Assembly: GCF_006345805.1 (NCBI RefSeq)
Contig: NC_042998.1
Location: 69,688,001-69,752,000, forward strand
Direction: 5' to 3'
DNA from: Octopus sinensis
Lineage: Eukaryota
DNA length: 64,000 nt
Shown here: in pieces, positions 39,201 through 51,769 of the stretch
Layout: the number at the start of each line of letters is the position of its first letter
Numbering within the stretch: the first letter of the stretch is position 1
Notes under the pieces: model-generated
Seen by the model: only the letters and a program-made list of their open reading frames with translations
Told to the model about the DNA's origin: nothing
Database searches by the model: none
Translations under genes and position numbers: made by a program

Positions 39201-39930
39201 AGAGAGAGGGACACATTAGAGACACTATATCTAATGGCTATATCTAGAGTAGAGATCAGTTGCCGGAGTGAAATATGTCGTCTGTCAGATGTAAGTATGT
39301 CTGGGGAAGGGGATTGGTTGATGGGGGATTGGTAGATGGCGTAGGAGATCTCTACTCAACCCAGAGGATGTGCTGACCGTAGCATATAACCAACCAATAC
39401 TATTGGTACTCGCGTATATGCTGCTACTGATGATGATGATGAAAACGATGGTCGTTTTGATGATGACATTAACGATGGAAATGATAACGATGATGATGGT
39501 AATGATGATGATGGGGGATCGTCATATTGATAATGGCGATAGTGCTGAGATGATGGTGGTGGTAATCGGATCTTTTCAATCTCAGTCAAAGAATTTTTAA
39601 CTGAGATTGATGATGATGATGGTAATGGTGATGGTTATAAAGATTCTAAATTAATATTCAACGTTATACTACGATGAAGACTCCAAATGTTCAGTTCTCA
39701 CAAAACTCACTTCAGTCAACAGGGTGTGGTGGTGGTGTTGGTGTTGGTAGTGGATCTATTTTGACTGTTCTCATTCAATTGACAACGTCAGTTCAAAGTT
39801 CAAACTTTACTTGTGAGAAAATTTTAAACCCTACTGTAGATTTCTACAGACACACACATGTATGCACATACACCCATATATACATATTTGTTCATATATA
39901 TACATGTATATATATTCTTTTTACTTTTTC

Positions 39931-40349
39931 ACTCTTTTACTTGTTTCAGTCACTTCATTGCGGCTATGCTGGAGCATCGCCTTTAGTCGAACAAATCAAC
40001 CCCAAGATTTATTCTTTGTAAGCCGAGTACTTATCCTACTGGAATCTTTTGCCGAAACGTTAAGTTACGGGGACGTAAACAGACCAGCATCGGTTGTCAA
40101 GCGATGGTAGGGTGGTGGTGGTGGTGGGGGAAGACCACGCACAAACATACACACATACACACACACATAGATTCACACACACATACGACGGGCTTCTTGC
40201 AGTTTCCGCCTACCAAATCCACTCACAAGGCTTTGGTCGGCCCGGGATTATAGCAGAAAACACTCGCCCACGGTGCCACGCAGTGGGACTGGCCCCGGGA
40301 CCATGTGGCTGGTAAGCCAGCTATTTACCACACAGCCACTCCTGTGCCT
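39931..40349 (-). mobile_element. SINE family S1
   Basis: Tail, internal (CA)n and head all align to 18447-18965. Confidence 0.88.
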
Positions 40350-40505
40350 ATATATATATGCTTGTATGCATATATATGAATGTAGGACTGTATCCGGTGC
40401 ATAAGTGCGACCTTCATACACACGTCTCCTTTTATACGGATATGCATATGCTTGTATATCTGCGGTTGTAGGTGTGTGATAGGAGGATGTATATAAATAT
40501 ATATC

Positions 40506-40896
40506 TGTGTGGGAAGTAGCTTGCTTACCAACCACATGGTTCCGGCTTCATTCCCACTGCGTGGCATCTTGGGCAAGTGTCTTCTGCTATAGCCTCGGGC
40601 CGACCAAAGCCTTGTGAGTGGATTTGGTAGACGGAAACTGAAAGAAGCTCGTTGTATACATGTATATGTATGTATGTATGTGTGTGTATGTTTGTGTGTC
40701 TGTGTTTGTCCACCCACCATACATCGCTTGATAACCGATGGGGGTGTGTTTACGCCCCCGTAACTTAGCGGTTCGGCAAAGGGACCGATAGAATAAGTAC
40801 TAAGCTTACAAAAGAATAAGTCCTGGGGACGATTTACTCGACTAAAGGGGGTGCTCCAGCATGGTCGCAGCCAAATGATTGAAACAAATAAAAGAG
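40506..40896 (+). mobile_element. SINE family S1, head slightly truncated
   Basis: gaagtagcttgcttaccaaccacatggttcc...ggtgctccagcatggtcgcagccaaatgattgaaacaaataaaagag. Confidence 0.9.
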
Positions 40897-40927
40897 AAAA
40901 GAGAAAGAGGTGAGTGTGAATGTATGC

Positions 40928-40992
<65 letters not shown>

Positions 40993-41005
40993 TATATATA
41001 TATAC

Positions 41006-41062
<57 letters not shown>

Positions 41063-41542
41063 TTATATATATATAGTTAATCCAAACATGAAAACACAAA
41101 GAGAAAACACAACCACACGAAGACGTGGAACAAATATAGTGTTATTGGACGCTCAGGAAATTCGCCGAGATCGACTTTGCCTTTCATCCTTTTGGGGTCG
41201 ATAAATTAAGTACCAGTGAAACACTAGGGTTGATGTAAACGATTAGTCCCCTTCCTCACATTTCAAACCTTCTGCCTTTAATAGAAAGAATTGTTATTAT
41301 TTTGGTCCTCTAACAGAATCCTATGTCATAACCCTATTGGATAGAACTATGGTGTAGTCGTATATACTAAACGTGCTTTGACTGCACACTCGAGGACAAT
41401 TCTTCGTACTATTTGCATGTAATTGTTTTGATTCTCTATTTCCTATTTTATTGGCAATATTCCAAGACGTGAAAAGTATCAAGTAGTGCTAAGCGATGTT
41501 GTTTTGGTTTTGTACTTTGATGTTGTCTTGATCATTCTCGAT

Positions 41543-41871
41543 TTTAAAAAGACTCCGCCGGTTACGACGACGAGGGTCCCAGCTGATACGATCAACGGAA
41601 CTGCTTGCTCGTGAAATTAACGTGCAAATGGCTGAGCATTCCACAGACACGTGTACCCTTAACGTAGTTCTCGGGGATAATCAGCGTGACACAGAGAGTG
41701 ACAAGGCTGACCCTTTGAAATACAAGTACAACTCATTTTTGCCAGCTGAGTGGACTGGAGCAACGTGAAATAAAGTGTCTTGCTCAAGGACACAACGCGT
41801 CGCCGGGAATCGAACTCACAACCTTACGATCATGAGCCGAATGCCCTAACCACTAAGCCACGCGCCCTCAC
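41543..41871 (-). mobile_element. Young tRNA-derived SINE (family S3) with a 14 bp TSD
   Basis: TSD tgatcattctcgat at 41529-41542 and 41872-41885. A-box TGGCTTAGTGG, B-box GTTCGATTC. One mismatch against 61974-62307 apart from the tail. Confidence 0.95.
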
Positions 41872-41889
41872 TGATCATTCTCGATACAC

Positions 41890-42330
41890 ATATTATGAAT
41901 GGGAATACGTTATCTAGTCAGTCTCCACAAGCTGGTTATCTCTATTTCTAGATCATTTTAACTAGATAATTTTTTCCAGTTCTTTTAAAAATATACTGTC
42001 TTATGTTGGGGCTAACATTTTGATCAGAAGGTATTCCATTTCCTGATAGTCTGTAACAAATAATCCCTGGTCGATATTCCTTAGTTTTCCTCTCTGTACG
42101 CATTGGCATTTCCCAGAATATGGTAAATATATTATTCATAGTATGAGAAATACATAATTTCCTTTATTGCATTACGCAGAATATATAATCATGGTAAATA
42201 CGCATAAAAACGTCGATGGTTAACAAATGCTTTCTGGGAATGCCTGGAACGTTTTTACTGATCCTAGTATTACTATTTTCTGGAATCTCTGCGTTTAAAG
42301 ATAGTTTCTCAGTACCTCTACCCAAATATT
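41890..42330 (-). pseudogene. Old RLE LINE endonuclease-region remnant
   Basis: IFWEMPMRTERKTKEYRPGII and KELEKLSS*NDLEIEITSLW..IPI match WDMPIHTDRKIKANRPDIVV and KEMEKLSKYKDLEIEVTRMW..IPI of the 26-30 kb element. Confidence 0.72.
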
Positions 42331-42974
42331 TGTGTTTTATTCTAGTTATGCCTATAATAAATGGGCTTGATGTAAACATTCCTTACTTGGCATAATGGTT
42401 TTAATTCAATAGTCACGTTGGAGTGAGGTTTTAGCACGTTATACCAGTCATCTGGTTCACCACCGCCACCACCACTACCACCACCATTACCGTCCTCCTC
42501 CTCCTCCTTATCATCATCATCATCGACGCCATTATCATCACCATCATCATCACACTATCCACGTTACTGAAAATGATGTTGGGTATATGTTCTGTCTTTG
42601 TGACCTGTGTTCTAAATGTAGTATTTTCATGCAGTTACTTTTTAAGGCAACTGAGATTTTTTTCTGGCAGAATCTAGAATTGGTTAGCTGGGCCTAAGTA
42701 GAATAGATTATCTAACGTATTGAATCTACGAGTATATTTTCTGGTAGCTTGTGTAGGACATCTTGATACTCTGTAGGCAAGAACGAAAATATGTTTTAAA
42801 TGAGATGGGGGTTGAAGGTCAACCGAAAAGCCCGTTTCGGAGGACTTTCAGCCCAGAGAATAAGAACAACACTCATAGATTGGCAGTGTTAACAAGAGGC
42901 ATTGCTAGTTCGAGATTAATTATATACGAGCACGGTTGTGCTTACTACCAGCCTTGTTCGATCTACCTATAAAA

Positions 42975-43260
42975 TAGTGGTTCCTAAAGTGGGCGGCACT
43001 GTCCCTCTGGGGGTTATAGAAAAATCCAGGGGGTTATTGAAGAAAAGTGTGGCGATAATGGGGTGGCCAAAAGGGGACGATGGATGTAAAAACAATAAAA
43101 TAATGGGTTAATTAGGTCAAGTTTATTTGTGAAATACAGTTGTTTTGAATTTGCTGCAGAAAGTGGTTCATGTGTGTTGTGATGGGATGGGGCTGGGTGG
43201 TCTAGGAATGTGGCCTGAGTGCCAAGTAAGCGGCAACTCCCAAAAGTTTGGGAACCATTT
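42975..43260. mobile_element. hAT (Charlie-like) MITE, 286 bp
   Basis: Ends tagtggttcctaaagt and aagtttgggaaccattt form imperfect TIRs; flanking 8-mers ctataaaa and ctctaaac match at 6 of 8. Confidence 0.72.
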
Positions 43261-43424
43261 CTCTAAACGATAAAGTCATACTGCATGTACTCATTCAGTG
43301 TTTAGACACTGATGACTTGCAGAGATACTTGGAATAGCTGTTGTCCTGTATAGGGAAGATCTAGCTATCAGTCGAGTTCATCGCGATGATTGTCTTGTCG
43401 TCTTTCTTTGGTGGATATGGGAGT

Positions 43425-43545
43425 TATTTAACGAACAAGATTGAAAGGACTGAAGCTGGACACTTACCTCTTCGATCAAGCACTTATCAACTTCTTTAAA
43501 TTCCACTTGGAGAGAAAGGTGAGAAACAGGAGCTGGTATGAATGT
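43425..43545 (+). pseudogene. Old Tx1/L1 ORF2 C-terminal fragment
   Basis: RTRLKGLKLDTYLFDQALINFFKFHLERKVR against WTRLKGLETNTFLSGQSLINFFKYHLKRKVR at 11.7 kb. Confidence 0.8.
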
Positions 43546-43769
43546 CCTGTGTAGGGTTTACACTCAACATGCACCTGTAGACCAGAGAACACAGCTGAGA
43601 GAGGGCACTTACTCTTAGTTACCAAAATAATCACGGATCTGTGAGGTTGTCTTGATTGGCTGCAAGTAACTGTTTACCTTTTGGGGCGATTGCGAGACAA
43701 AAATTTTGACACCTCGCAAAACATATTCTAAATGAATTTAATAGCTTTGTGTATTATTCCTTTCTACTA

Positions 43770-43942
43770 TAGGCACAAGATCTGAGCATTTGGTTGGGTG
43801 GGCATAGTTGATTACATCGACCCCAATGCTTATTTTATCGATCCCGAAAGGATAAAAGGCAAAGTTGACCTAGGGGGAACTGGAACTCAGAACGTAAAGA
43901 CCGAAGAAAAGCGTGCTGACGATTCTGCCAGCTTGCCGTCTT
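43770..43942 (-). mobile_element. SINE family S2, diverged copy
   Basis: cgatcccgaaaggataaaaggcaaagttgacc...gaactcagaacgtaaagac...gattctgccagcttgccg. Confidence 0.8.
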
Positions 43943-44459
43943 AGCTTTGTGAGTTGTTAAGTACCTAGAACGACGCTTACAATTTTCATTTGCTTCACTT
44001 TCAACTCACTACTTCAGAACACGTTACTCGCGACACAAATAAAACACCGCTATTTCATAAATCTTTCTGTTAAAATTCAATATACTTTATATATAAAGTT
44101 AACCAGTGAAGAATTACCAGCTGAAACTGTTGTTTATGGGTTGTTATCGTTCCAGATGATACAGGTTAAATAACAAATGATAGTTCGTAGATGATAGATG
44201 ATAAATTATGTATGGTGTATGACAGTAAATAATTAACATATGATTGATTATAAAGTACAGAGTAGATCATGTATGGTAAATTATAGCTGATTGGCGACAG
44301 AGGGTGGATAATGATTATTATATGATGTAATAAATGATAGATGATAAATGATAAATGATAGATGATAGATGATAAGTGCTGCCAAGTGGCTTTGATTCAT
44401 TAAGATTTACGTCGCGATGAAGATCTTGTTTCAAAGATGTCTCGAAAGATGACTTGCAA

Positions 44460-44882
44460 AGCAACGTAAACGATAGTAATGACAACAAAGATGGCGATGA
44501 CACTGATGACGATGACACTGATGACGATGATAATGATGACGACGACGACGACGATAATGATAATAGAGGTGTCCATGCCAGTGTTGCTGTTGCTGCAGTT
44601 GAACATGACGACAGCAACGATGGTGGTGTTAGTGGTAATGATAAAGATGACAATAATGATAACAAAGATGATGATGATGATGATGATGATGACGATGATA
44701 ATGATGATGACGATGATAATGATGATGACGATGATAATGATGATGACGACAACGACAACGACGACGATGATGATGATAATAGAGGTGTCCATGCCTGTGT
44801 TGCTGTTGCTGCAGTTGAGGATGATGACAGCAACAATGGTGGTGTTAGTGGTAATGATAAAGATGACAATAATGATAACAAA

Positions 44883-44922
<40 letters not shown>

Positions 44923-44930
44923 GCAGTGGC
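44460..44930. repeat. (GAT/GAC)n field with a 216 bp internal duplication
   Basis: taatagaggtgtccatgcc... occurs at 44561 and at 44777. Confidence 0.9.
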
Positions 44931-44984
44931 AATGTGATAGTGATTATGATAGTGATGTTGTCGGTGGTTATTTTAAAAAAATTC

Positions 44985-45185
44985 TTTTATTGTTTCAGTC
45001 GTTTGACTGCGGCCATGCTGGAGCACCGCCTTTAGTCGAACAAATCGACCCCTGGACTTATTCTTTGTAAGCTGAGTACTTATTCTATCGGGTTCTTTCG
45101 CCGAACTGCCAAAATACGGGTATGTAAACACACCGGCATCGGTTATCAAGCGATGGTGGGGGCGGGGACAAACACAAACGAGATA
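44985..45185 (-). mobile_element. SINE family S1, tail half
   Basis: tgtttcagtcgtttgactgcggccatgctggagcaccgcc...gggacaaacacaaac. Confidence 0.85.
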
Positions 45186-45984
45186 CGATGATGATAATGA
45201 TGATGACGATAAGGATGATGATTTTTATGGTGATAGTAATAGTGATGATGGTGACAGTGGCGGTGGTGGAGGTGGTGATGCTGATGATGATAGTGATGAT
45301 CACGATGACGGTGAAGATGATGATAATGATGACGACGATAATGATAATCATGATGGTGATGAAAGATCTTTCAGAGTGCTATTAATTCGACAACAATGAA
45401 ATCCAACATTGGAACCAAGAATAGATCAGGTCTGAGTGCTTTGACGCAAGACCGAAAAATATTTTTTAAACATGCAGTTCATTTAAAAAAAAAATTAATT
45501 TTCACTATTTAGATCTGGAGGGAGGGGCAATGCCTCTGGTCTTCGTAGCTCCCTTGGTCAAGAGGCCTGTGGGACTGATGCCGCTAACTTTCCACTTAAA
45601 CTGTTGAATATCGATAACTGCATGAAGAACCTGTGCAGAGGGGGGAATTCCTGGGGCTCGACACTCTAAGGGACGAAGGACTAGGCATAGTGGTTAGTGC
45701 ATTTTGCTCAAGAACAAAACACAGAACCAATCTGGGAAAGGAAACTACAATCTTGCGATCCTGAGTGCAACACCCTCAGTATTAGGCCACGTTTGTAGCC
45801 TTGTGGTTAGGGTTGTGAACACATTCGTGTTGTGTTCCTGAGCAAAACACTAAATTTTACGTTGCCTCAGTCCTCTCAGCTGTAAATAGAACAACCTTGC
45901 GGGGCATTGGTGCACAAGGTGAGATTTTGCTCGGCGTGCTAACCATTCTGCCAGATCGCCACCTTTATTCTTTTTCATTCTTTT

Positions 45985-46388
45985 TCTTTCTACTTGTTTC
46001 AGTCATTTGACTGCGGCCATGCTGGAGCACCGCTTTTAGTCGAGCAAATCGACCCCAGGACTTATTCTTTGTAAGTATAGTACTTATTCTATCGGTTCCC
46101 TTTTGCCGAACCACTAAGTTACGGGGACGTAAACACACCAGCATCGGTTGTTAAGCGATGTTGGGATTGGGACAAACACAGACACACAAACACGCACATA
46201 CACATACGTATATATGTATATGTACGACGAGCTTCTTTCAGTTTCCGTCTACCAAATCCACTCACGAGGCCTTGGTCGGCCCGAGGCTATAGTAGAAGAC
46301 ACTTGCCCAATGTACCACGCAGTGGGAATGAACCCAGAACCATGTGGTTGGTAAGCAAGCTACTTACCACATAGCCACTCTTGCGCCT
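45985..46388 (-). mobile_element. SINE family S1, full length
   Basis: Aligns end to end with 18447-18965, with a short internal microsatellite. Confidence 0.9.
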
Positions 46389-46399
46389 TTAGCCACTCC

Positions 46400-46819
46400 A
46401 AATGACAATCGTTTCAAATTTTCGCACCAGGCTAGCAATTTCGGGGAATGTGTAAGTCGATCAGATTACATCAACCCCAGTGCCCAACTGGTACATATAC
46501 TTTATCGATCCCAAAAGGATGAAAGGTAAAGTCGACCTGAGTGGGATTTGAATGCAGAGTGTAAAGACAGATGAAATACCTATTTCTATTTCTTTACTAC
46601 CCACAAGGGGCTAAACACAGAGAGGACAAACAAGGACAGACAAACGGATTAAGTCGATTATATCGACTCCAGTGCGTAACTGGTACTTATTTAATCGACC
46701 CCGAAAGGATGAAAGGCAAAGTTGACCTCGGCTGAATTTGAACTCAGAACGTAACGGCAGACGAAAAACCGCTTAGAATTTCGCCCGGCGTGCTAACGTT
46801 TCTGCCAGCTCGCCGCCTT
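46400..46819 (-). mobile_element. Two adjacent SINE S2 copies (46400-46580 partial, 46581-46819 full)
   Basis: Each contains gatcccaaaaggatgaaagg.aaagtcgacc..gatttgaa; the full copy ends ctgccagctcgccgcc. Confidence 0.88.
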
Positions 46820-46841
46820 ACTGACAACATCATTATATTAG

Positions 46842-46900
<59 letters not shown>

Positions 46901-47279
46901 TTTGAATAAATATAATTTGAGGAGATAGTATTATCAGCCAGAATAGGAAAAAAACGTTTTTCTCGGAACTAAAGATGGTCACACCAAGTATTAATTGAAA
47001 TTCTAATATTTTTTTCACGTACAAGATCTTTATATTAAAAAATAGAGAATATACTAATTACATTAATTTGATTGAAAAAAAAAAAGAAGAGCAATTCATT
47101 ATGCATTTATATATATTTTTTATTAGTGATTAAAAAAAAAACGTATTAATTTATTCAAACTCTCTTAATCAAAAACCAAAATTCAAACTTTTGTTGTTCC
47201 TGAAATACTGTACCAAATGACCGCGAACTAATTAGAGGACACGGAGTACTCCCTCGTTATATTTCAAATTATATTGCTT

Positions 47280-47850
47280 TCAAATTTCGGCACATGGCCA
47301 GCAATTTCGACCGTGGGGGCCTATTACTGACACCGAAAGGATGTAACGCAAAGTCTGGATTTCAACTCAGAACGTAATGACGGACGAAATGCTGGTAAGC
47401 ATTTAGACCGGCGTGCTAATAATTCTGCTAGCTCTCTGCTTTTATATCTTATATTATTCTTTTATTCTTTTACTTGTTTCAGTCATTTGACTGCGGCCAT
47501 GCTGGAGCACCGCCTTTAGTCGAACAAATCGACGCTAGGGCTTATTATTTGTAAGCGTAGTACTTATTCTATCGGTCTCTTTTGCCGAACGGCTACGTTA
47601 CAGGGTCGTAAACACACCAACATCGGTTGTCAAGCGATGGTGGGTGACAAAGACACACACAAATACACACACACGCACAAACTCACACACACATACACAT
47701 ATACACAACGGGCTTCTTTCAATTTCCATCTAGCAAATCCACCTACAAGGCTTTGGTCGGCTCGAGGCTATAGTAGAAGACACTTGCCCAAGGTGCCACC
47801 CGGAATCATGTAGTTGGGGAGCAAGGTTTTTACTACACAGTCACTCCTAG
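47280..47850 (-). mobile_element. SINE S2 fragment (47280-47440) followed by SINE S1 (47455-47850)
   Basis: Family-diagnostic motifs as in the other copies. Confidence 0.82.
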
Positions 47851-48699
47851 AATATCACTTTGCAATTCTTACATTTTTTAAAAGACAATTTTATTCTGAT
47901 TGTTTTTTTTTATCATGAATGGGTAAAGGAAGGCGGCGAGCTGGCAGATCAAGTGGGAGAATTTGATATTTTTGAGTGGTCGCCCGACTTGTTAGAAACA
48001 GCAAACAGTTCTCTCTAACCATTTTGAGACACACAGTGTTTTGGTATGTGTAGCCAAAAAGACTAATCTTTTTTCTATTAGGATACATCTACTGAAAGAC
48101 GATCTCTGATTAGCTTCAAAACCAACCATTCACAACATTTGATCGGCCTCAAAGTCCTTTCACCTTCTATCACTTGGGCCGATCATTCGACCTTGGTGTC
48201 CCAAGAGGGTTAAATAATATGCTGCAATCTAACACCTTTAACAATACCGCCACAAATGTACAGCGCAAGTAATGATCCTGGTGTTGATCGCTGGAAAGCC
48301 TCTGATCAAAGGTCTGCTTGATCTAGTTTGACGATTTGGGATTGCTTAATAACTACAACAACTTGCGGCACACCAGTGTGGTTCACCGCTCCACCTAGGA
48401 AGCAGAGAATTAGATGTTATAAACCTCTAACTTATTAGTAATTAACCCAACTTCCTTCTTTAGGCAATATCACAGAAAAAATATTAAAAAGTCTGGCACA
48501 AAGACAATCTCACAAATCATTCCCAACTAAACTAATATTCAGCTCTATATTTAAGAGAAGAGGAATTATGTACATTATTTACAGTATTTACATTTGACGG
48601 ATATTTGTCCTCATCTTGTCGAAATTTCCCCAAGACACCTGGAGGACAAATATCCGTCAAATGTAAATAATGTAAACTAATATTGTAAAATATTGATTT

Positions 48700-49120
48700 C
48701 AAATTTTGGCATAAGACCAGCAATTTCGGATGCGGGATTAAGTCGATTACCGCCCAACTGGTACTTATTTTGTCAACCCCAGAAAAGATGAAAAGCAAAG
48801 TCGACCTCGGTGGAATTAGAACTCAGAACGTAAGGACGGGCAAAATGCTATTAAACATTTTTGCCTGGTTTGCTAACGATTCTGCCTGCTGACCGCCTAT
48901 ATTGTGAAACATTCCTTTCTACTATAGGCACAAAACCTGAAATTTTGGAGGAGGGAGATAGTCGATTTTATCGACCCTAGTGCTCTACAGGTACTTATTT
49001 TATGAACCCCGAAGATTAAAAGGCAAAGTCGACCGCGGCGGAATTTGAATTCAGAGCGTAACGACGGACGAGATGCTGCTAAGCACTTTGCTCGGCATGC
49101 GAACGATTCTGCCAGCCGAC
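48700..49120 (-). mobile_element. Two SINE S2 copies in tandem (about 48700-48900 and 48925-49120)
   Basis: aaagtcgacctcggtggaattagaactcagaacgtaag and aaagtcgaccgcggcggaatttgaattcagagcgtaac. Confidence 0.85.
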
Positions 49121-50170
49121 GGTCAATATTGTGAAATATTAAAGCTAAATTAATGCTTATCTCGAACGTAGGAGTCAACGCTCCAGCTGTCACTTGGTAA
49201 GAGAAGAGAATCAATGTGACATGAAGTACCATGCGCAAGGTTCCAACGCACCATCTTGACCGAGAATCGAACCCACAACCGAATTACTTGTGAAATGTAA
49301 GAAGAGGAATTGTTTGATGAAACAGCTGAAAGACTTTAGTCAATAAAGAAATACACCATCGCCATCCTCCTCCTCACTCCTGAACCTTTAATGTCCTTCG
49401 TGCAGTTCACTCTGCTGCAAGCATTAGGGGGCAGGTCTGAGGATCATCTCTCTTCTCCCCTTTTTTTGCTAGTCACAGAGGCCCTGAAAAGAGTGAAGCG
49501 TGTACGTGGCACCTCCTCCTCTGACTAACTGAATAAAGAGAGAAAAAAGAACTGGGAAAATATTGGAGATGCAAGATGTTAATATAATTTCCAATATCGG
49601 TACAGGTTCACAAATACGATATATAAAGTTAGACGATAAAAATCGACAATAGCGTTTGACTGTTTTACATTCCCGACCTTGCCAGAATAAGAGGTAACGT
49701 TGAACTGGTTCGGATTTGAACTCAATGCATAAAGAACCGAAGCATATACAGCAAGGCAGTTTCTCTGACGGTTTTAATGATTTTGAAAATACACTGCATT
49801 GTCGAACGAAGACAATAATCTGTAGTCCATATTACATTTAAAACTGTAGCAACGATTATGGGTCCTTCATCAGTTTCGACGGTGAACATTCAGTAGTTCG
49901 ATTAACTGAACTACGTGTGCATTGAAATAACGTTTAGGTACCTGAGTATTCCCTAAACATTTTTATTATAATGTAATTCTCAGGGCGGATCGACCTGACA
50001 CTATGTGGCAAGGTTGGCTATTTGAATTCCAGATACAATCTCTTCGATGGGATTAGCATAAAATTACTGCGTTACTCCAGAGTGGCGAAGTGAAAGCGTG
50101 CTGGGTATGTAACCCAGAAGTCGTGGATCGAAACTATGCTCTGAAGCTAATATTATACGTAATTTTTTAT

Positions 50171-50336
50171 AGGCGAAGGCACAGTTGCATGGTTAAGAAG
50201 CTCACTTTGTAACCACGTGGTTTCGGGTTCAGTACCACAGCACAGCACTTTGGGCAAGTGTCATCTACTATAGCCCCGGGTCGACCACTCTCTTGTGAGT
50301 GGATTTGATAGGCAGAAACTGTGTGAAAGCACATCG

Positions 50337-50345
<9 letters not shown>
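50171..50345 (+). mobile_element. SINE S1 head half (old subfamily)
   Basis: aggcgaaggcacagttgcatggttaagaag...ttgggcaagtgtcatctactatagcccc...catcgtata, then (TA)n. Confidence 0.82.
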
Positions 50346-50379
<34 letters not shown>

Positions 50380-50418
50380 ATAAATGGTGGGGTTGTGTTG
50401 ACCGCACGTGGAGAAATG

Positions 50419-51152
50419 ATAAGCAATGAAAAATTGTAAAAATGCAGAATGCTCGATTGAAAGAAAATTTTAATGAATTGAGAAAATGAAAAAAATATAT
50501 AAATATATATTTATTCAAAACGGTTTTCGTCATAGTTTGACTTATCAAGAATAGTTAGGTGAAAAGGTTTTTTAAAAATGAGAAAGGGGAAAAAAAGTTG
50601 CATTGTTTTTTGCAAAAGAATAATAGTAGTAAATATGTATAAAAATTAAAAAATAAGTACTCCGATACATTGTGTGTTCGTTGTGTATCTTGAGTTTAAT
50701 GATTGTTCATGAAAAAATTACCTTGAGGTATTAGGATCCAATGGGATTAAGGCCATGTGTTGTTTGGTTTAATTTAGGATGTTTTGCCAACATCCTAAAT
50801 TAAACCAAACGACACATGGCCTTAATCCCATTGGATCCTAATACCTCAAGGTAATTTTTTCATGAACAATCATTAAACTCAAGATACACAACGAACACAC
50901 AATGTATCGGAGTACTTATTTTTTAATTTTTATACATATTTACTACTATTATTCTTTTGCAAAAAACAATGCAACTTTTTTTCCCCTTTCTCATTTTTAA
51001 AAAACCTTTTCACCTAACTATTCTTGATAAGTCAAACTATGACGAAAACCGTTTTGAATAAATATATATTTATATATTTTTTCATTTTCTCAATTCATTA
51101 AAATTTTCTTTCAATCGAGCATTCTGCATTTTTACAATTTTTCATTGCTTAT
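50419..51152. repeat. Near-perfect inverted repeat: arms 50419-50783 and 50789-51152, 5 nt loop TTGCC
   Basis: Arms compared by eye: one substitution (gtgttg against gtgtcg) and one homopolymer length difference (A7 against A6). Confidence 0.97.

Positions 51153-51769
<617 letters not shown>

Noticed and set aside
39230-39300. Possible micro-exon ending at cagat|gtaagt
   Set aside because: A donor-like 6-mer is expected by chance; there is no convincing acceptor, frame or homology.
41800-41871. Functional tRNA genes at SINE heads (also 62236-62307, 63338-63420, 18890-18965)
   Set aside because: They have A/B boxes but no complete acceptor stem, and they run on into SINE bodies with TSDs or tails.
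44454-45035. Asp-rich biomineralisation-type protein
   Set aside because: A (GAT)n microsatellite with no signal peptide; the ORF ends inside a SINE tail.
49860-49882. Hammerhead at ccttcatcagtttcgac (and the similar 38838-38855)
   Set aside because: On the minus strand GAAA is immediately adjacent to CUGAUGA, a topology that cannot form the three-way junction.
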